Notes: generated by a model not told the origin, from the letters alone. A DNA stretch of 64,000 nucleotides from Polyangiaceae bacterium (GCA_035547195.1 DASZVB010000009.1:2122-66121); one strand, 5' to 3'; shown: positions 15,967 to 25,077, counted from the first letter of the stretch. Translations and numbers: made by a program.

Positions 15967-16695
15967 TCATCCTTTGCCCCGGAATCGTTCCGAGAACTCA
16001 CGCCGGAAGCTCCGGCTCAGCACGACGGCGGTCCCGTCCGACAGCGTCAAGATGCCGTCCCCGCGGGCGCCCGGTTCGTAGCGCACGACGGCGTCCACGC
16101 GAACGATCTCGCCGCGGTGCACGCGCACGAACCTCGAGGCGTCGAGCTTCGCCCCGAGCTCCGCGAGCGTCCGTCGAACGCGGCGCTGGCCTTCCTTCGT
16201 ATGGAGCACGACGTGTTTGCCCGACGCGCTGACGCGGTCCACGCTCTCTTCCGGTAGCGCCACGAGGCCGTTCTCCGTCCTGAGCACCAACCTCCGTTCT
16301 TGCGCCACGACGCCGAGCTCGCGTCGAGTCCCCGCGATGTGCCGTGCGGCTTTCTCCAGCGCCGCGTGGAAGCGCAGCTTGTCGTACGGCTTGAGCAAGT
16401 AGTCGAGCGCCTGAGCGTCGAAGGCTCGCAGGGCGTGCTCGTCGTGCGCGGTCGAGAAGATGACGACGAATTCGCGCGAAGCCCCGAGCGCGTCGAGCGC
16501 CTCGAAGCCGTCGAGTCCCGGCATCTGAATATCGAGGAACACGAGATCCGGTCGGAGCTCTTCGATCATGCGGATGGCTTCCACGCCGTCGCGAGCCTCG
16601 CCGGCCACCTCGAAGCGGGGATCTTCGGAGAGCAGCCGGCGGATCTTGGCGCGGGCCGGCGGTTCGTCCTCCGCTATCAGCACGCGCGCCGTCAT
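15967..16695 (-). CDS. LytR/AlgR-family response regulator (REC + LytTR)
   Basis: The ATG at 16695 overlaps the kinase stop (ATGA). RVLIAEDEPPARAKIRRLL...DLVFLDIQMPGLDG is the receiver. The C-terminal FVRVHRGEIVRVDAV is LytTR-type DNA binding. Track ORF 15967..18045 is an off-frame run-on upstream of this start. Confidence 0.9.
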   Translation of the reverse strand: MTARVLIAEDEPPARAKIRRLLSEDPRFEVAGEARDGVEAIRMIEELRPDLVFLDIQMPGLDGFEALDALGASREFVVIFSTAHDEHALRAFDAQALDYLLKPYDKLRFHAALEKAARHIAGTRRELGVVAQERRLVLRTENGLVALPEESVDRVSASGKHVVLHTKEGQRRVRRTLAELGAKLDASRFVRVHRGEIVRVDAVVRYEPGARGDGILTLSDGTAVVLSRSFRREFSERFRGKG

Positions 16696-17810
16696 GGGGC
16701 GGTGTACGGCACGATCCAGCGAACCCGCGCGCCGCCTCCCTCGTTCACCTCGCGTTTCAAGCTGCCGACCGATCCGTGAAGCAAACGCAGCGTCTCTTCC
16801 AGCCGCCCGAGTCCTCTTCCGAGCGGTACGGGTTCTTCGGAGAAGCCCACTCCGTCGTCGGCGACGCTCACGACGACGTCGTCGCCTTGCCGGCGCACGT
16901 CGATGTGGATGTGGAGCGGCTCTCGACGGCGCGCATTGTGCTTCACCGAGTTCTCGACCAGCGACTGCACCGCAAATCGCGGCACGAGCACCGAACCGAC
17001 GGCTCCTTCCTGCGTCCAGGTCGCCCGGAGGCGATCTCCGAAGCGCGCGGTCATGAGCTCCAGATAGCGCTCGGTGTGGGCTCGCTCGTCGTCGAGCGTC
17101 CAGGTGCGGCTGCCGTCCGCGAGCGTCGCCCGCATGATCGCCGCGAGGCTCGCCAGGTAACGCTCCGTCCGCGGCAAGTCGTCGTACATCGTGGCGCTGA
17201 TGGTGTTGAGCGCGTTGTAGAAGAAATGCGGATCGACCTGGGCGGCGAGCGCATCCAGACGCGCTTCGGCGAGCCTCGCTTCCAGGGCGTAGGTCCGGAG
17301 CGCCGTCTCGTCGCGCTCGTGGAAGGCGCGCATCATCGTCAAGATCGCCGCGGCGCACGCGTACACGACCATGTCGTTTTGCATCTCCCAGAGGACTCGC
17401 GCTCCGAGAGGGCCGTCCGGAGTACCGACGATCGACAGATGGAGGAGAAGCCATCTGAGACCGCGGATGCACGCGATGTGAACGGCGGAGAACGCGACGT
17501 AGCCCACCAGGTGCGCGACGAGAAATCGCGTCCATCGGATCGTCGAGCGGTAGACGGAGTCTTCTTGCGTCGAATGCGGCGGCGACGTCGGTGACGGCGC
17601 GTTCAGCGCGGTCAGCTGAGCGACGGGTATGGACGCCCACGCGGCGATGGCGCCCGTGAGCTGGAACAGCACGATGGGCTCGTGCGGCGTCGCCCCGCGG
17701 GACGCCGCGAGAAACCGGATCATGAAGCCCTGGGCCAACCCGACGAAGCTCGCGAGCGCGAGGAGGGCGACCGCGGGACGAGCGTCGATGCGAGGCCAGC
17801 GGATCGTCAT
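16692..17810 (-). CDS. LytS-type sensor histidine kinase (His_kinase + HATPase_c)
   Basis: QVDPHFFYNALNTISATM is the LytS-type H-box. LVENSVKHN and VADDGVGF are ATPase motifs. The N-terminus has 4-5 TM helices. I choose the ATG at 17810 (MTIRWPRIDARPAVALLALA); the track start is at 17939. Confidence 0.85.
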   Translation of the reverse strand: MTIRWPRIDARPAVALLALASFVGLAQGFMIRFLAASRGATPHEPIVLFQLTGAIAAWASIPVAQLTALNAPSPTSPPHSTQEDSVYRSTIRWTRFLVAHLVGYVAFSAVHIACIRGLRWLLLHLSIVGTPDGPLGARVLWEMQNDMVVYACAAAILTMMRAFHERDETALRTYALEARLAEARLDALAAQVDPHFFYNALNTISATMYDDLPRTERYLASLAAIMRATLADGSRTWTLDDERAHTERYLELMTARFGDRLRATWTQEGAVGSVLVPRFAVQSLVENSVKHNARRREPLHIHIDVRRQGDDVVVSVADDGVGFSEEPVPLGRGLGRLEETLRLLHGSVGSLKREVNEGGGARVRWIVPYTAP

Positions 17811-17924
17811 CGACGAGGACGTTACCGGGCGTACCCGTAGCTCGCGACCCGTGAAGCGCGAACCGAGCCGATCGTGGCGCGAGCCGGATCGCCCGTGTCC
17901 CCCTTCGTGAATAACCTCGGGTGC

Positions 17925-19460
17925 ATGTCTTTGCGTCATTTAGCGACCCCTCTCTTGATGTTAGTCGCGTCGGGCTGCTCGAGCGAGCCGAGAGGCGCTT
18001 CCCAGACGAGCGCGGCGGGCGAAGCGCCGAACACCCCGGAAGCACAAGGCATCGACTCGAACCAGCTCGCTTCCGTGATCGATCAGATCGTCGCGCAGCA
18101 CCTCGACGTGCACAGCTTGACGGTCTTTCGCCACGGTCACGTCGTGCTCGACGCGGACTTCTTCCCCTACGACGGTCGCCGCCGCCACGATTTCGCGTCG
18201 TGCACGAAAGCCCTGACCACCACCGCCCTCGGGATCGCGCTCGACGACGGCAGCATTCCGAACCTCGACCAGGCGCTCCTCTCTTACTTTCCGGATACCG
18301 TCGTGGACAACGACTCGACGGACAAGCGCGCGATGACGCTCGCCCAGGCTGCTTCGATGACGTCGGGATTCGACTGCGTCAATCAGCCGAACGAGCTCAC
18401 CCTGATACAGATGCAAGCGGCCCCGGATTGGATGAAGTTCGCGCTCGGTGTGCCGATGGCGGGTCCACCCGGAACCGAATGGCGTTACTGCAGCACGGCG
18501 ATGCACATCCTGTCCGGCGTCATCGGCCACGTCACTGGACAGGCAGAAGACGACTTCCTGGCGGAACGTCTGTTCGCGCCGATCGGCGCGTCGCGGCCGG
18601 AATGGCCGCGCGACCCACAAGGCAACACGCACGGCTGGGGCGACGCTCGCCTCTGGCCGAAAGACATGCTCCGCGTCGCCCAAGTGTTTCTGGGACAAGG
18701 AACATTCGGAACGCAACGAATCGTCGATTCGTCGTTCGTCGCTGAAGCGACGAGCAATCGAGCCGGCGATCTCGGTCCTCCGAACGGCTACGGCTATGCC
18801 TGGTGGACGACCAGCGGGAAGAGTTACTACGCACAAGGCCGCGGCGGGCAGCTCGTCCTCATCGCTCCGGTGCGTGGCGCGATCCTCGTCGTGACCGGCG
18901 CGCAGTCGTCCGACCAGACTCAGTCCTTGAACGATTTGGTGAACGAGCTCGGGGCGAAGCTATCCGACTCGCCCTTGCCGCCGGATCCCGAAGCCGTCCG
19001 CAAGCTGTCGGCCGAGGTGACGAAGGTGAGCGAGCCTCCGGCGGCCGAGGCCGTACCGCCGCCGCCCGACACCGCGAGCACGGTCTCCGGGCGCACCTAT
19101 GCGCTCGCTTCGAACATGTTCGGCTGGGACAGCGTCGAGCTCACCTTCGCGGAGAGCGAAGCCACCCTCACCCTGGCGATGGGCTCGACGAAGACGACGG
19201 CGAAGATCGGCCTCGACGCCGTCGCCCGCATCACGCGGGACGCGCAGTTCAGCACCGACCCGCGCTACGCCGATATCGACATCGCGATGAGCGGCAAGTG
19301 GACCGCCGACGACACCTTCGTGGTCACGTTCGACACCATCGACACGATCGACGCCGGAACGATGAGCTTCGTCTTCCAGAACGACGACCTCACCGTGAGC
19401 ATCTTCGAGAAGACGTTCTTGCTCTCGACCATCACCTTCGGAGGGCAGGCGAAGCGATGA
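17925..19460 (+). CDS. Beta-lactamase-fold serine hydrolase lipoprotein with extra C-terminal beta domain
   Basis: The ATG at 17925 gives MSLRHLATPLLMLVASGCSS (lipobox). The SCTK (S-x-x-K) active-site motif is at 18198-18209. There is a Y-x-N-like region and a ~150-aa C-terminal extension. Confidence 0.85.
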   Translation: MSLRHLATPLLMLVASGCSSEPRGASQTSAAGEAPNTPEAQGIDSNQLASVIDQIVAQHLDVHSLTVFRHGHVVLDADFFPYDGRRRHDFASCTKALTTTALGIALDDGSIPNLDQALLSYFPDTVVDNDSTDKRAMTLAQAASMTSGFDCVNQPNELTLIQMQAAPDWMKFALGVPMAGPPGTEWRYCSTAMHILSGVIGHVTGQAEDDFLAERLFAPIGASRPEWPRDPQGNTHGWGDARLWPKDMLRVAQVFLGQGTFGTQRIVDSSFVAEATSNRAGDLGPPNGYGYAWWTTSGKSYYAQGRGGQLVLIAPVRGAILVVTGAQSSDQTQSLNDLVNELGAKLSDSPLPPDPEAVRKLSAEVTKVSEPPAAEAVPPPPDTASTVSGRTYALASNMFGWDSVELTFAESEATLTLAMGSTKTTAKIGLDAVARITRDAQFSTDPRYADIDIAMSGKWTADDTFVVTFDTIDTIDAGTMSFVFQNDDLTVSIFEKTFLLSTITFGGQAKR

Positions 19461-19729
19461 AGGACGGCGTCGCCGAGCGCGCAGAGCCGCCGTAGCTGTC
19501 GACCGTCGACTCGAGCGCGAGGCTCTGCTCGCGGGATTCGCGAGCGCCGCGGCCAGGCGTGAGGGGCTCGATGTTCGAACGGCGCCGACCCGGTGTTCGG
19601 GGAGCAACCCGAGCAGCGCTTCTCGATCCATGCGGACTCGTAACCCGGATCCCCGAACCGAGCTGAACGGAGCTGCTCGCACTCACGCGAGGATTGCGGA
19701 TCGGGGAGGCCGGGTTCAGATTCGAGGGC

Positions 19730-20101
19730 ATGAGCGGAAAAGATCGGATCCAAATCAAACGCGCGTACGAACCTCCAGCGCCGGCCGACGGCTACCGCGT
19801 GCTCGTCGATCGCCTCTGGCCCCGGGGCGTGAGCAAGACCGACGCGAAGCTCGATGCGTGGTTGAAGGACGTCGCGCCCAGTGATTCGCTCAGGAAGTGG
19901 TTCGGCCACGATCCGGAGCGCTGGACCGAGTTCGCGAAGCGCTACGGCGTGGAGCTCCGCGAACCGACGGCGGCGAGCGCGGTCCGTGAGCTCGCCGCGC
20001 GCGCTCGCAAAGGGACCGTCACGCTCGTCCACGCCGCTCGCGACAAAGAGCACAACAACGCGGTGGTCCTGCGCCGCGTGCTCGCCCGGCGAGTGAAGTG
20101 A
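19730..20101 (+). CDS. DUF488 (YeaO-like) family protein
   Basis: MSGKDRIQIKRAYEPPAPADGYRVLVDRLWPRGVSKTDAKLDAWLKDVAPSDSLRKWFGHDPERW is the characteristic DUF488 N-terminal block. The ATG at 19730 is preferred over the TTG at 19694. Confidence 0.8.
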   Translation: MSGKDRIQIKRAYEPPAPADGYRVLVDRLWPRGVSKTDAKLDAWLKDVAPSDSLRKWFGHDPERWTEFAKRYGVELREPTAASAVRELAARARKGTVTLVHAARDKEHNNAVVLRRVLARRVK

Positions 20102-20115
20102 CGAACCGCGCGCCG

Positions 20116-21126
20116 CTATTCGATGGGTTCCATGCCGCGCATCGTGAGCACCTTGTTCACTAGGGATTTCTCGTAGGTGCCGTGCGCGAGGCCTTTGACG
20201 ACCTTGCGAAGCAGCTTCTCCCATTCGTCGTGCTCGGCTTGCGTGAAGTGGCTCACCGTCATCCTTTGCGCGATGCGGCCGTAAGCCTCGTCGTCGAGCT
20301 TTCGGATGCGGCCTTGCTGGCTGGCGTTGACCCGCTTCTGCACGTCATCCCAGGTCGCCTTCAGGTCGGCCGGCAAGCTTTCGGTGACCCCCGCTTTGAA
20401 GATGAGCGCACCGAGCGCGCAGGTGACGACTTCGTCGTTGACGTGATCGAGATACGGCGTCCACTGGAGCTGCTCGGCGGCCAGCGCCGGCGCCGCGATG
20501 AGGTTCACGTTGCCCGATCGCAGCGCGGGCAACATTTCCATGGCGTCGACGGGAACGGGGACGATGTTGCCGATGGTCGCGTAGAGCGCGGGCCCCGTGG
20601 GCTCGTTGCGCCATACCGCGGGGCGCTTGTCCTTGACGTCGTCGGGACGATGGATCTCGAACCCCTTGGTGAACTGGCGAACGAGCCCGACGTCGCCCCA
20701 TCCGGCGACGTCGAAGCCGGCCGTCTTGAAGTGCTCCACCATATCGGGCTCGAGCTGCTTCCTGACGCGGTCGAGGTCGTCCCATTTCGTGAGCACGCCG
20801 GGCAGCTGCAGCACGAGCACGCTCTTATAGATCATCCCGAGCCCGATCGCCGTGATGGCGGCTCCGTCGAGCTGCCCCGTGCGGATCTTGCTCACCATGG
20901 CGTCCTCGTTCCCCTGGACGCCGTTGAAGTAAATCGAAAGGTCGAGCTTGCCGTCGGTCTTCTGCTCGACGGCCTTCTGCCACACCGCGTACACCTTCCC
21001 CCAAGACGAGCTCTTCGGCGCGACCGTCGCGATCCGGATCGTACGTTTCGCGGTGTCGGCCGCGGCGACAGTCGGGACGGAAGCGCCGAGACCGACGGCG
21101 AGCGCGAGCAGGTGGCGTAGTTTCAT
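20116..21126 (-). CDS. TRAP-transporter solute-binding protein (DctP family)
   Basis: 336 aa. Signal peptide MKLRHLLALAVGLGASVPTVAA. The overall DctP-like pattern includes IRIATVAPKSSSWGKV...MVSKIRTGQLDGAAIT. No DctQ/DctM genes are adjacent. Confidence 0.8.
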   Translation of the reverse strand: MKLRHLLALAVGLGASVPTVAAADTAKRTIRIATVAPKSSSWGKVYAVWQKAVEQKTDGKLDLSIYFNGVQGNEDAMVSKIRTGQLDGAAITAIGLGMIYKSVLVLQLPGVLTKWDDLDRVRKQLEPDMVEHFKTAGFDVAGWGDVGLVRQFTKGFEIHRPDDVKDKRPAVWRNEPTGPALYATIGNIVPVPVDAMEMLPALRSGNVNLIAAPALAAEQLQWTPYLDHVNDEVVTCALGALIFKAGVTESLPADLKATWDDVQKRVNASQQGRIRKLDDEAYGRIAQRMTVSHFTQAEHDEWEKLLRKVVKGLAHGTYEKSLVNKVLTMRGMEPIE

Positions 21127-21204
21127 GCCCGCGCGAGAGCAAGCGGCGCGCCATGGCGCAGTAACCTAAGATTTCCGCGCTTTTCTTGCGTCCGACGTCG
21201 CGCT

Positions 21205-21243
21205 TCTCGAAATCGAGACGAGCGGCGTCTCGAGAATGAGACG
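21205..21243 (-). terminator. Two short hairpins downstream of 21266..23089
   Basis: tctcga-aa-tcgaga (21205-21218) and cgtctc-gagaat-gagacg (21226-21243) lie 23-60 nt past the stop. There is no clear U-tract. Confidence 0.3.
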
Positions 21244-21265
21244 ACGCACGGCGGATCGCCGTCGG

Positions 21266-23089
21266 TCAGAAGCCGATGACGTCTCGCAGCAGCGGAAAGG
21301 ACCCGATGAAACTCGCCGGGTAGGGCGAAAAGGGGAACTTTCTCGACGAAAGATCCCTCAACGTGTGGACGCCGGGCACCCTTTGATACGGCGCCGGCAT
21401 GACGTTCATCGCGAGACCCGGTTCGCAGCGATCTCCTTCGTCTTGCGGGGCGCTGGCCCCGCTGCAGGCGTGGGTGACGGCGCAGGTCGACGTGGCAGCT
21501 TCGGGCGGCAAGACGACCCGATTGCCCTTCGTGAGCGTCGGATCCATTTCGCGGTCGAGGTCGCTGCTGAACCGTCCGTCGCCGTCGTCTCGAAATACCT
21601 CGTGCTGCGAGCGCGGGATGTAGGCTGCCGCTTCGAACGTCGTCACTTGGAACTTACGGTCCCGAACGCGGCCGTCCGAGCCATAGTCGATGTCCAGCGT
21701 CACCTGGCTCTGAGGTTCCGCATTCAGCGGCGTGACCTTGCGGTCGACGAGATCGGAGTCCGATGCCGCCAGCGCCTGAACCGGCAAGAGCGTGTCCACG
21801 GTCGCGACCATGTTCCGTTCTTCCTGGTGCGTCACGCGTCCAGCGGTGCAAACGGTCTTGGTGACAATATCCGTCACGCCGTCGTTCCAGAGATCCGTCG
21901 ACTCGGTGACACCGCATCCATCGGGGTCGTAGTCGTAGGTGACGGTATCTTGCGTTTCGAACGTCTCTCGAGTGATGCGCCCGTCGTCTCCGAACGTCCG
22001 CGTCAGTGACTGGGCCAGGCCGTTGCAGCACAAGATTTGCGCGTCGAGCACGACCTGATTGGTAGCGGGATACGTGTAATTGATCGGCGAATCCCACACG
22101 TTCTCCGTTCGCGGCGGAACCGTCACCGAGTCGGTCAACAGCCGCCCGGTACTATCTCGACCACGAAGCTGGTCTGCGATCCCCATCACGAGCGGGATGC
22201 TGCCATCGGGCATCGTGACCCCTTCCTGCTCTTGGCAACCGCGACGGCGTTCGTAAAACCCTCCCTTGTCGTCGAACGACAACGTCTCGCAGACCGGGCT
22301 CGTATTCGTCGAGCAGTCCTCCGTCGTCACGCTCCGGACGATGAGGAACCCCGGACTCGAGTAGTCTAGGTCCACGACGGTCCCGCGCGGCAAGCCGGCG
22401 ACCGGCGCGGGACAGGCGTTGATCCACGGGTCCAGAGCCGCACTCCCCTCCACGCCGTACAGGTACTGCGTCGGGCGCCCCTGGTCGTCGTACGTGATGT
22501 GCACCCGCTTGCGCGGAGCGATACCGCCGTCTCCGTCCGCTCCGACGAGCTCCGCGGCGACGAGGCGGCCGCTCTGATCGAAGTAGCGCTGCTCGGTGGC
22601 GTCGACGGAGCCGTCGCGGCCGCGATCGAGACTCAGCGTGAACGATGTCGCACACTGCTCGTGGACGATGCTCGAAAGCGGCGACTCCATGTGCAACGTG
22701 CTCAGCTCGTTCAGCGTTTTCCACGTGCGAGGCGGATCTGGAAGGCCGCCTTCGGGCAACCACGGTGCGCCGGCGCCGCCGCCCCCCTGTCCACTCGATC
22801 CGACGTTGCCTGCGTTGCCCGCCCCCGGTACGCTCGATCCGACGTTGCCGGCAGACGCGCCGCTCGACGCGCCCGGTCCCGCATCGCCCGACGTCCCGCC
22901 CTGTCCACCGCCGGACGACGTGGACGAGCCCTTCGCGGCCGCCGTACCGGAGCGCGCGCCATCGCCGACGTCTTTGGGCGACGCATCGTTGCGCGCGACG
23001 CCGCCGCACGCGAAGCACGCCGCGGCCGCCGCGCCGATCATCGCGAGCACGCACGGAGAGCACGCTGTTTTCGCATTGCATGCGGGCAC
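21266..23089 (-). CDS. Lipoprotein with YD/RHS-like repeats
   Basis: 607 aa; the start at 23089 is GTG. ...TACSPCVLAMIGAAAAACFACGG is a signal/lipobox-like N-terminus. A Gly/Ser linker follows. Repeated YD-type motifs: RYFDQSGRLV, ITYDDQGRPTQYLY, TRTFGDDGRITRETF, DIDYGSDGRV. Composition is protein-like throughout. Confidence 0.7.
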   Translation of the reverse strand: MPACNAKTACSPCVLAMIGAAAAACFACGGVARNDASPKDVGDGARSGTAAAKGSSTSSGGGQGGTSGDAGPGASSGASAGNVGSSVPGAGNAGNVGSSGQGGGGAGAPWLPEGGLPDPPRTWKTLNELSTLHMESPLSSIVHEQCATSFTLSLDRGRDGSVDATEQRYFDQSGRLVAAELVGADGDGGIAPRKRVHITYDDQGRPTQYLYGVEGSAALDPWINACPAPVAGLPRGTVVDLDYSSPGFLIVRSVTTEDCSTNTSPVCETLSFDDKGGFYERRRGCQEQEGVTMPDGSIPLVMGIADQLRGRDSTGRLLTDSVTVPPRTENVWDSPINYTYPATNQVVLDAQILCCNGLAQSLTRTFGDDGRITRETFETQDTVTYDYDPDGCGVTESTDLWNDGVTDIVTKTVCTAGRVTHQEERNMVATVDTLLPVQALAASDSDLVDRKVTPLNAEPQSQVTLDIDYGSDGRVRDRKFQVTTFEAAAYIPRSQHEVFRDDGDGRFSSDLDREMDPTLTKGNRVVLPPEAATSTCAVTHACSGASAPQDEGDRCEPGLAMNVMPAPYQRVPGVHTLRDLSSRKFPFSPYPASFIGSFPLLRDVIGF

Positions 23090-23732
23090 TTCCGTATGGA
23101 TTCGCGGGCGCGTCGTCCGCGCTGAGGGGGTATTTCGTCGTGCCGGCGTCGCTCGCGATCGACGTATCGCCGCCGTTCACTGCGCCGCCGTCATTCGAAG
23201 CGCCGCCGCTCGACACGGCGCCTTGAGTCGATGCGTCGCCGACGCTCGACGACCTTCCGTCGTTCGGTGCGCCTCCGTTCATGACTCCACCGCTCTCCAC
23301 GGCGCCCTTCGCTCCGCCACCATCGCTGCTCGTCAACGCTTCCCCCGCGTCGCGGCCGTCACCCGCGACCGGTACGCACACGGAAGCGACGCATTCGAGC
23401 CGCGCTGGCGCCTCGCAATCGTCGTCGTTGCTGCATGCCGCCAGGCAGATTGCGCTCGCCCTCGTGCTCCCGAGCTTGCATCGCCCCCCGGATCGAAGCG
23501 ACGTCGTCTCGATGCACGTCGACGGTTTCGGAACGCCGGCGCATTGTTCACTTCCCTCGCACGATTTCGTGCAGATGCCGCATTCACAAGCGCCCCCGCG
23601 CGGGCAATCGGCGTCGGTCGTGCACGCTCTGAGCCAGCTGCTCTTTCCGTCGGAGCTGTTGCCGCCGGAATCGCAGTACGTCAAGCACAGCGCGAAGGAC
23701 AACGACACGAGCAGACGCATCGCCGTATTCAT
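22152..23732 (-). CDS. Cys-rich lipoprotein; only about 23090..23732 looks coding, 3-prime end unresolved
   Basis: The ATG at 23732 overlaps the upstream stop (ATGA). MNTAMRLLVSLSFALCLTYC is a signal/lipobox. The Cys-rich part is CTTDADCPRGGACECGICTKSCEGSEQC...CSNDDDCEAPARLECVASVC, followed by a Gly/Ser/Asn linker. Past about 23090 the frame has no stop until 22152 and its translation turns Arg-rich. That stretch overlaps the well-formed gene 21266..23089. Confidence 0.45.
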   Translation of the reverse strand: MNTAMRLLVSLSFALCLTYCDSGGNSSDGKSSWLRACTTDADCPRGGACECGICTKSCEGSEQCAGVPKPSTCIETTSLRSGGRCKLGSTRASAICLAACSNDDDCEAPARLECVASVCVPVAGDGRDAGEALTSSDGGGAKGAVESGGVMNGGAPNDGRSSSVGDASTQGAVSSGGASNDGGAVNGGDTSIASDAGTTKYPLSADDAPANPYGSARMQCENSVLSVRARDDRRGGRGVLRVRRRRAQRCVAQRRRRWRALRYGGREGLVHVVRRWTGRDVGRCGTGRVERRVCRQRRIERTGGGQRRQRRIEWTGGRRRRRTVVARRRPSRSASHVENAERAEHVAHGVAAFEHRPRAVCDIVHAESRSRPRRLRRRHRAALLRSERPPRRRGARRSGRRRRYRSAQAGAHHVRRPGAPDAVPVRRGGECGSGPVDQRLSRAGRRLAARDRRGPRLLESGVPHRPERDDGGLLDEYEPGLRDVVVRRQGRVLRTPSRLPRAGRGHDARWQHPARDGDRRPASWSR

Positions 23733-24754
23733 GATCTTCCCTCTTCGTCGGCCTTGCCGGCGGGTGCTTCGTCGTCGGCGTCGTCGGGGCGGCGCACCGT
23801 TTGTCCGAAGTAGAACGTCACGACGGTTCGTTCGTCTTCCGGGACCGGGTGCGCGGTGTTGTGCTCCGTCACCTTCGCCCACAGCTCCTCCATCGTCTTT
23901 CGTGTGTGCGCGAGGCTTCCGAGCACTTCCGCGCGCAGCGGGTGCTCGTCGTGGATGCCGAAGTGCAGCGTCGTGCCGCCCACCTCGTCGTTCGCGGCCG
24001 CGCGCGCGTTTCGACGCCGGAGCTTCGCTGCGATCGCGGTGGTCACCGCCTGGAAGTGATCGAAGACGGCCGCTTGCCAGCCTTCGCTCGACCCCACCTC
24101 GACGATGAAGGGCTCTGCTTCGAGCACGTCTCCCGACGCGGTCGGGATGCGCCGGACGCGCCCGCTGTCGATGAGCGCCGCGAGCGCCGCGTCGAACGCC
24201 TCGTCCGCTGCTACTCGCTTTCGAAGCTCGGCCTCCGTGGAGCGCGGATTGCGAAACGCCGCGAGCCACACCAGACCGGAAAGCGCATTCAGCTCTTCTT
24301 CGTCGGTGAAGCGCCGGCGCGAAGCCTCGGGCATCGCACCGAACACGGTCGCGTCCCCTTGTCCGGCCCGATACAAGAGCCCACCGTTGACGAGATCCGC
24401 CGTGACGGCGAGCACGGCCCCCTCTTCCTGACTGCCGAAGCGGCTCAAGAGCTTCGCGCGCGTCACCGGACCCTGCGATTCGAGGTAATCGAGGACCGCC
24501 TGCCACAGCGTGCGGCTCGGCTGCGTCGTGGCCCCGAGCCGAGCGACCTTACGTTGATAGCCGCGCAGCGCGAGCCCGAACATGTCGGCGGCGACCTTCC
24601 GGCTCACGCCCTGCGACTCGATCTCCGCCGACAACGAGAGGAAGACCTGGTCGGCGACGTGCGACAAGGGCGACCGAATGCCCGACGCCGTCGAAAGCTG
24701 GGCGATGAGGACCGTGGTCTGGCGCATGATCGAGTCGATGAGGTGCCGTGCCAT
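23729..24754 (-). CDS. Cytoplasmic protein with HTH-like N-terminal segments (putative DNA-binding)
   Basis: 341 aa, ATG start. GVSRKVAADMFGLALRGYQRKV looks like a Fis-type HTH. TLWQAVLDYLESQGPVTRAKLLSRFG looks like a winged helix. The tail is acidic. No family assigned. Confidence 0.65.
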   Translation of the reverse strand: MARHLIDSIMRQTTVLIAQLSTASGIRSPLSHVADQVFLSLSAEIESQGVSRKVAADMFGLALRGYQRKVARLGATTQPSRTLWQAVLDYLESQGPVTRAKLLSRFGSQEEGAVLAVTADLVNGGLLYRAGQGDATVFGAMPEASRRRFTDEEELNALSGLVWLAAFRNPRSTEAELRKRVAADEAFDAALAALIDSGRVRRIPTASGDVLEAEPFIVEVGSSEGWQAAVFDHFQAVTTAIAAKLRRRNARAAANDEVGGTTLHFGIHDEHPLRAEVLGSLAHTRKTMEELWAKVTEHNTAHPVPEDERTVVTFYFGQTVRRPDDADDEAPAGKADEEGRS

Positions 24755-25077
24755 GCCGAGCTTTCCCTACCGTAAATCGTCGCTCCCATCGGCCGCAGAT
24801 GTCCATTCGTCCATCCCCGCGGACGGTCACGCCGCGGGCAACGAAACGGCAAACGGTCGGCGTCGGGTCATCGCGCAAGACGGCCGGCTCTTCGATTTTC
24901 CGTCGTCGCTCGCGTTTTATTGCTCGTCGCCGGAATCGACGGCCTGACTAACCTGGCTGTCGTGTCGAATCAGCAGGAACGAAACTCCGATCACGAACGA
25001 CGCCGTGACCGAGGACACTTTCGTCACCCCCTTCGAGGTGGCGAAGGTGCACGCGCTGAAATAGTCGGGCCGGCGGA

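Noticed and set aside
19642-19716. Imperfect long-range inverted repeat (aacccggatccccga ... tcggggaggccgggtt) upstream of the DUF488 gene
   Set aside because: It has one or two mismatches, a 44-nt loop and no supporting conservation evidence. GC-rich intergenic DNA produces such pairings by chance.
23060-23130. Idea that 23732..23090 and 23089..21266 are one gene split by a frameshift
   Set aside because: Not adopted as the primary call, because the downstream ORF begins with its own hydrophobic signal/lipobox-like segment. It is kept as an open alternative in the findings.
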